From Callorhinchus milii (taxonomy: Eukaryota), in assembly GCF_018977255.1 (NCBI RefSeq), contig NW_024704765.1, positions 7,998,001 through 8,062,000 of the forward strand: a stretch of 64,000 nucleotides of DNA, read 5' to 3'. Each line of letters begins with the position of its first letter. The first letter of the stretch is position 1. Below the pieces are notes generated by a model. That model was not told the DNA's origin. It did not search any database and was given only the letters and a program-made list of their open reading frames with translations. This document shows, piece by piece, positions 58,201 to 64,000 of the stretch. Made by a program: the position numbers and the translations under genes.

Positions 58201-61200
58201 TGATACGGCACATTTGCTGTCGGGGCAAACCCCTCAATGCACTTTGAAGGGCTCCTTATTAAGTGTAGTGACTCTGTCTTTGTAGAAGGCTATGGAGACA
58301 GATTCCATGTTGTTTCAGTGCCCTAAAATCTTCAGTGCGCAGGCGACCTCTGACTTTCTGGGACAGTGAAACAGAAACTCCAGTAAGTGAGCTGAGGTGG
58401 GGTGGGAGAGGGGGGGAGGAAGCCCTATTTATTAAGGAATCCCATTGAATAAAGACAGTAAATAAGACCCCATTATCCAGAGGTTGAGCGCAATCTACAG
58501 GCCTCAATTAGAGGGTTGATATCAAATGCCTGTCATTGATATCAAACATTGCGACTGACCCGGGAAATGATGTGGGCCCAGAGATGGAGAAACCAATTAA
58601 CTCTCTTATGTTAAACACCCGCGATGTTTTATTGCAAAGGCCACAGTTCTCTGCAATGCCTCCTCTCAGCCCTCCTAGCACTGGGCCCCTTGACTAACGT
58701 GGACCAGGGCCTTTTGTATTAGCTAAATTGCCATGAAATTAACTCGTCACCACAAGTGTGCAGGCTGCACGCTGCAGTGGAACTGAACCCTTAACCCTTT
58801 CCTTAACCCTTCGATTGTTGACTTGCATCACGCTCAAAGTCTTCCAAATCAGCGAACGTTTTATTTTTGGTTTCTCTTCTCCCTCCGTCCCTCCCTCCCT
58901 CCCTCCACCCTCAAACCTGAGACCCTCACGAACCACAGGCCTCACACCCCAGCCAGTAGCTTCACCAACCTAGCCAATGGAGGAACATACAACAACAGCA
59001 GCAACAACTTGCATTTACGTAGCGTCCCTCACACAGGTAGCGTCCCAGAGTGCTTGGCATTCAAACTTCCCCCAAAAATTGCCAAAGGCATACTTGTCCT
59101 TCGATTATTGGGCTCGATTGACTAAGAATCGGTGGAGAGATTAATTAAAAAATTGTTGTTTGACTGCATCCTTCGCAAGAGGTGTGGAGGGTGGACACCC
59201 CTTTGACCTTGAGTGAACGATTTCACCCTCAGAAGTTTCTCATGGGCGTCCTATTTTGCTGCTTGAAGTTTCTTTTTGGTGGGGGTGGGGAGGGGTGGGG
59301 GGGCGCGAATGGGCTTCCGCGGATTTCTTAACTTAAAAGTTGCACTTTTGAAACGGTTTTCGGGGCAGTAAGTGACAAAGAAGGTTCCCTGTGAAACGGA
59401 TTAAAGGCTCCAATTCTCCTGAAATGGAATGGGACCAATTCTCCTCGAGAAGCCTGGGGCAAGATACCATTCTGCCAAATACGTTGAAGGTGCGGAGGGG
59501 AGGGGAGGGGAGGGAGGGGGATGTTAGATGTCGTTCAGTTCCAAACCTGTCAAACCAAACGATTGAATGCGTTTTAGCAATATTGCAATTTAATCCCTTT
59601 TGGGAAAAAAAATCAAGGGGTGGGGTGGGGGGGGGGGGGGGGAAATAGGCGGAAAACAGTAACCTTGGCAACTGTCCCAACAGGTTAACTTAGGAAAGAA
59701 CGTGCTGTTTTGGTGATTAAACTCTTATTTCAAAGCTTTTAAGCGTAACATGTTAAGCCACATGCACCATTACGTTTATTCGCTAATACCTGCACATACC
59801 GTTCCTTACGATTTTAGTGAAAATCTTCTTCTTCAACCGTACTTATGGTTACCTCCTTCCACCCCCACCCCCCGGCTTACCGTCAGACTGTTAAGTGCTC
59901 CGAGACGCTGCTCTGCATAAAGGGTACTATATAAATGCAAGTTGTTGTTTTGGTTGTAGTAATACAGAGTTGGCAGCTCGATGCTCAGATTTTCCCCCAA
60001 ACTATCACTGACTTCTTGTCAATCTCTGGCTATTGCTCCGCCTATTGTAGCATGTTGTCTACTCTAAATCTTACATGCCCAGATCCTCAATACTGTGGAG
60101 ATCCTCAAGGTCCTCAATCTTCCCTTAATCCCAACATCATCCCTCACTCCTCACCTCCCTCACTCTTCCTTTCCCCTTACAACCTACAGGCCTTCAACTC
60201 AATTTCTTGAGTTAATGTCTTCTCTTCGCTACTTGACCTGTAGTGATGTCCTGCACTGAGGGCTACAGACCTTTATCCAGGTATCTCAATATGAAGCACA
60301 TGGACACCCTATTTCAGAAGATGTTGTAAAATCCAGGAGGCCTGAAGTAGCAGGCTGGGAACAGGAAGAACTTGGATCCTCTGACATCCTTGGCTGGTTA
60401 CACAGCATGCTTCAATCTCCCAAGAGGTCACTAGAGGGTTTCCCAAACAATGTTAACCATCCCTCGCTAGCCACGAGGGAGTCAATGTGGAATCCCAAAC
60501 GTAGCCTCTCTTCTCGGAGCAGGGACATGGGGGCGGGAGAAAGGATAAAAATTATTCGAGGACTTTCTCTCACTGTCTTCTCTGTAGCGATCCCCGAACA
60601 GAGAACCAGGTCTATTCGGCTGCTCTACTGAGTTGCTCACTGATGACATGTATGATTATACGGAGGGTGGGGGGTGGGGGGGGGGGGGGTGGGGGGAAGT
60701 GGGGGAGCTCATTATCTAAATTAATGCTAAATGAGAGGACAGGTCTCGTGTGAACCTCAGCCAGGAACATTATCCCTTTGAGTGATGAATCTCTCCCCTC
60801 TCAGTGGCTCACTCGCTCGCTCTGTTATCAAATCCCGTTTGAAATATGCGGCTTTTTTTTATTCTTGAGCAATGTTGAAAAAGTTATTTGAGGTTAAAAT
60901 TTCCAAGGCTTGACCTTTGATTAAGCATCTACTCTTTTTTTCTGTACATTCCATCCTTTTACATCTCCTTTCCTTTCTTCCGCCGACCCCTTTCAAGCCG
61001 CCACCTAGCCCGTCTTACCTCTCCCCTTTCTTTCTCTCTCTCTCTCTCTCTCTCTCGCTCCTTCCCTCCCTCCCACTCCTTCCTTGTGGCTTGTCAATCA
61101 GCCTTTATTCATTAATGCCGAATTTTTATACACATGTTGTGCACTGGGGAGTGAGCACCGCATTATAAAATATTTATCCTGCCTGGTATGGCCAGAAGCT

Positions 61201-62734
61201 GCATTCCTTTTCTTCATATTCCCTGACATTTCATTCATTCATTTTAATTTTCTCTGCAGATAACAGACGGACAATTTGGTCTCGGAATAGCTTGTCTCTC
61301 GGTGAGAAAGATATTTCTCTTCCACTGCCTTCCACAATCCCCTTCAGTTTCTCTCTTTACAAATAAGACAAAATCGGACGTTAACTTCGGGGCTGTTTGT
61401 GGGGACATCACTGTGTGCAAATTGGCTGCTGCACTGGCACTGCGCTTAACAGTAAAACTCTGTGAAGCGCTTTGAGATGTCCTCCCGACATGAGTAGTCA
61501 CTGTATTGAATGAAATGATTTGGTGACACACGGCAAGGTTGGTTCAAATGAAGTGAACGTTATATAGGCAAACACGACCAGATAAAATACCATTTACAAC
61601 GTCTTTCACATCAGGCGGATGTCCCAAAGTGCTTAACACTGCTGACTGCAGAGCATTGGGATGTCCTTAAGGACGTCAACGGTACAATATCAATGTGACT
61701 TTGTTGTTGTGTTGTTGTTGTTGTTGACTGGGCACCCGAGCTGGGGGTGTGAGTCGAAGAGAGGTTGGGTACAACCAGAAGTACATCATGAGTTGGGCTT
61801 TGAGTGAGGGGAAGGCTCTGGGATGGTTTTCCTGAGAGAATGGGGGTAGAATGGCTGAAAGGGGTGAATAGGGCGGGGAGACATGTAGCAGTCCATGGAA
61901 TAATAATAACGGGGTGAGCAGTTCATTCATTTGTATTTCGGGGTGAATTCAGATTGGGTTTGGGGGGGAAAGAATATAAACTAGGAGGATAATGGGATGA
62001 AAAGCCATAGGAGGGAGATGGCTTTCCCTTAACGCCTGACTCACAGAGTGGCCTGAACTAAGTGATAACGTTTTATAACCTTGTACTTAACATCAAGTTG
62101 GCAATGTCTCTCTCCTTCTACAGGCGACGCTACCAAACCCCAACTTAATCCAGAAGAAAAAACAAGTCATTTTTTTCTTTTTGCCTTGGCTTTTGCAGAA
62201 GTATTTTCAGAAGAAACGTGCCAGGCAACAAGGGTTGGAGGCTGGGGGCTAATAGAAGTGGGCAGAAGCTCCCCATTGAAAGACCCCAAATCCCAGGTAG
62301 CCCATCGGCCTCCAAGTAAATCAGCTGCCACAAAAGACGGCCCTTGTCTGCCTGTCAGGAGGCTACTTTCCGAATAAAAATTACCCTTCGTGAAAAGGTG
62401 AAATTACAGTCAGGGCCATTACCTCTCTGACTGTTGACTGATGCTTCTCTCTCTCTCGCTCTCTCACTCTGTCTGCCTGCCTGGAGATTACTTATATTTT
62501 AGGGACGTAGGAATAAAGGAGGCCATTCAGCCCATCGCCACAGTTCCCTGTATTTTTACTCTACGTCTGCGCCCAGCAAGGTCCTTCCTGCCCAACAGCG
62601 AACGAGTGAATTATCTGGAGGATTTTATCGCAGGTTCTTTGACAGCCACCTGATCAGGACACAGGTGCCCAGCCAATTGCATACAGCAATGTCCGACATA
62701 CAAACATGGATTGAGTGATCAATTTTTTTTTTTG

Positions 62735-62912
62735 AGGGCTATTTACCCCCGGAAAGCAATCCGCAAATCGACTAGCAACCGAGGCGCTACTTACTGCTAG
62801 GTAAACAGAGACGTGTGGAGCAAGGAAACCTGGCCAAGATTTCGCCCCATCTGGGAACTGAACCCAGGTCCTCTCGCTTGCGAGGTGAATGCACTAACCA
62901 CTACCCTACGGG
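62735..62912 (-). mobile_element. Second SINE family copy with downstream core
   Basis: Head GTAGTGGTTAG...GCAAGCGAGAGGACCTGGGTTCAGTTCCCAG, followed by GGGCGAAATCTTGGCCAGGTTTCCTTGCTCCAC and CTCTGTTTACCTAGCAGTAAGTAG. Confidence 0.65.
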
Positions 62913-64000
62913 ACTAATCAATGGCGGACATAAAGAAGGGAAGGGGAGAGTGGCAGAGAAAGGTCTGATTTCAGCAACAAAAAAAAGAGCTCAATTCTTT
63001 CTGTTTCTGTTAAACAAAACTTGATGGTACAGTGGAAAAATACCCCCCTCTGTGTCCTCCCCCACCAACACACTGCCCGTCACATCCTGAGGCTTTTAAA
63101 AAATGGCTCTCGATGCTGGTTCCATCCACTTTGTTGGGGAGCGCAGTAATTTTAAGAGTGAAGAATGCAATTTGGGTGCATGTGCCCCTTAATTGTGCGC
63201 TTTACGCGGAGTTAATTGTTCCACTAATGCAGGTGAGCTTCTGATATAAAAAGCCAGACTGTGCAGAGCTGGCCCTAGCGCTGGGAGCCATCTGCGTTTT
63301 ATAGTGGAACCTGGACTGTGCAAGAACGCTTGTGGGTTTGAGCTAAGTCTTTGCTAATGATTAGGAGCGTTGAATATCTCTTCCTCGGGGGGTGGGGAAG
63401 GATCTTGTCTCATTTACTTTGAGCAAAACATATTTTTTCTTTACTGCCCACCCCTCTACCCCCCCAAACAAACAGACACACACACACACTAACACCGAGT
63501 CTATATACCAATGATCTCCAGAGGGAGACAGAGAGCTGTGGGCAACTGGTTGATGTCTCAATAAAACCCTTGAGGCCCCCAAATTCTCCCCTGGTCTTAG
63601 CCTTGAGATCGTTGCTTATTCTTTCAAGATCACTCCGAGCTATGGAAAATTTGTAAACTCGCCCTTGATTTGGAAGCTGGTTTCTTGCAGGTCTTTTTAA
63701 CGCTTCTAAAATTAGGGGCTTGAATTTTTCCCTCAAATACCGCACAATTCCAAAGGGAACGAGCATTCATTGGTAAAGGCTGAATACAGCACTGAAGACC
63801 CCGCCCCACATACACACACTGAATGAAAGGATTTGTCCCTCTGAGAAACTTGCACCTCAGAACGTCTCACATCTCTTCCGAATAATTATTTGTGGTGGTT
63901 TTTTTTGACCAGTCGTGCACGTGCGCGTACTCACAAACACACACGTATACACAAGGACATACACACACACACACAGAATCAAATTCACACGCGCACACAA

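Noticed and set aside
58788-58812. Telomere-like TTAACCC repeats
   Set aside because: Only two imperfect copies, and not TTAGGG/CCCTAA arrays.
63410-63766. 118-aa ORF near the window end
   Set aside because: No start context or splice support; probably degenerate LINE ORF2 sequence.
1-64000. CRISPR arrays, rRNA, miRNA/snoRNA genes, LTR or DNA transposons with TIRs, viral insertions
   Set aside because: No supporting sequence seen. The dispersed repeated motifs are SINE/LINE tails, not regularly spaced direct repeats.

Overview
Vertebrate genomic DNA from a draft assembly (213-N gap at 34261-34473, single Ns at 26802 and 28686). The repeat landscape (very abundant tRNA-headed Deu-domain-type SINEs, L2 and shark-type CR1 3' ends) suggests a cartilaginous fish, probably a chimaera; this is an inference. 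Two protein-coding genes are supported, both on the minus strand. (1) TTC34: seven phase-consistent GT-AG coding exons between 18042 and 6117, about 1,000 aa, with an apparent 1-bp frameshift in the last exon and an unresolved 5' end. (2) A single-exon 464-aa ORF (23145-21751) with a signal peptide and four Ig domains (V-C-V-C) of the B7/CD276-like family, with no in-frame transmembrane segment. This intronless, apparently secreted B7-like gene is the most unusual element. It lies between an RFX X-box-bearing candidate promoter (~25.0-25.6 kb) and orphan exon-like segments leading towards TTC34, so it may be nested in TTC34's 5' end or share its first exon. From ~25.6 kb to the end there is no recognisable coding gene, only SINE/LINE fragments, microsatellites, forward-oriented CTCF-like motifs and enhancer-like unique blocks. 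That pattern fits the TTC34-PRDM16 intergenic desert known from human synteny (inference). No homology search could be run; gene identities rest on recalled family sequences.
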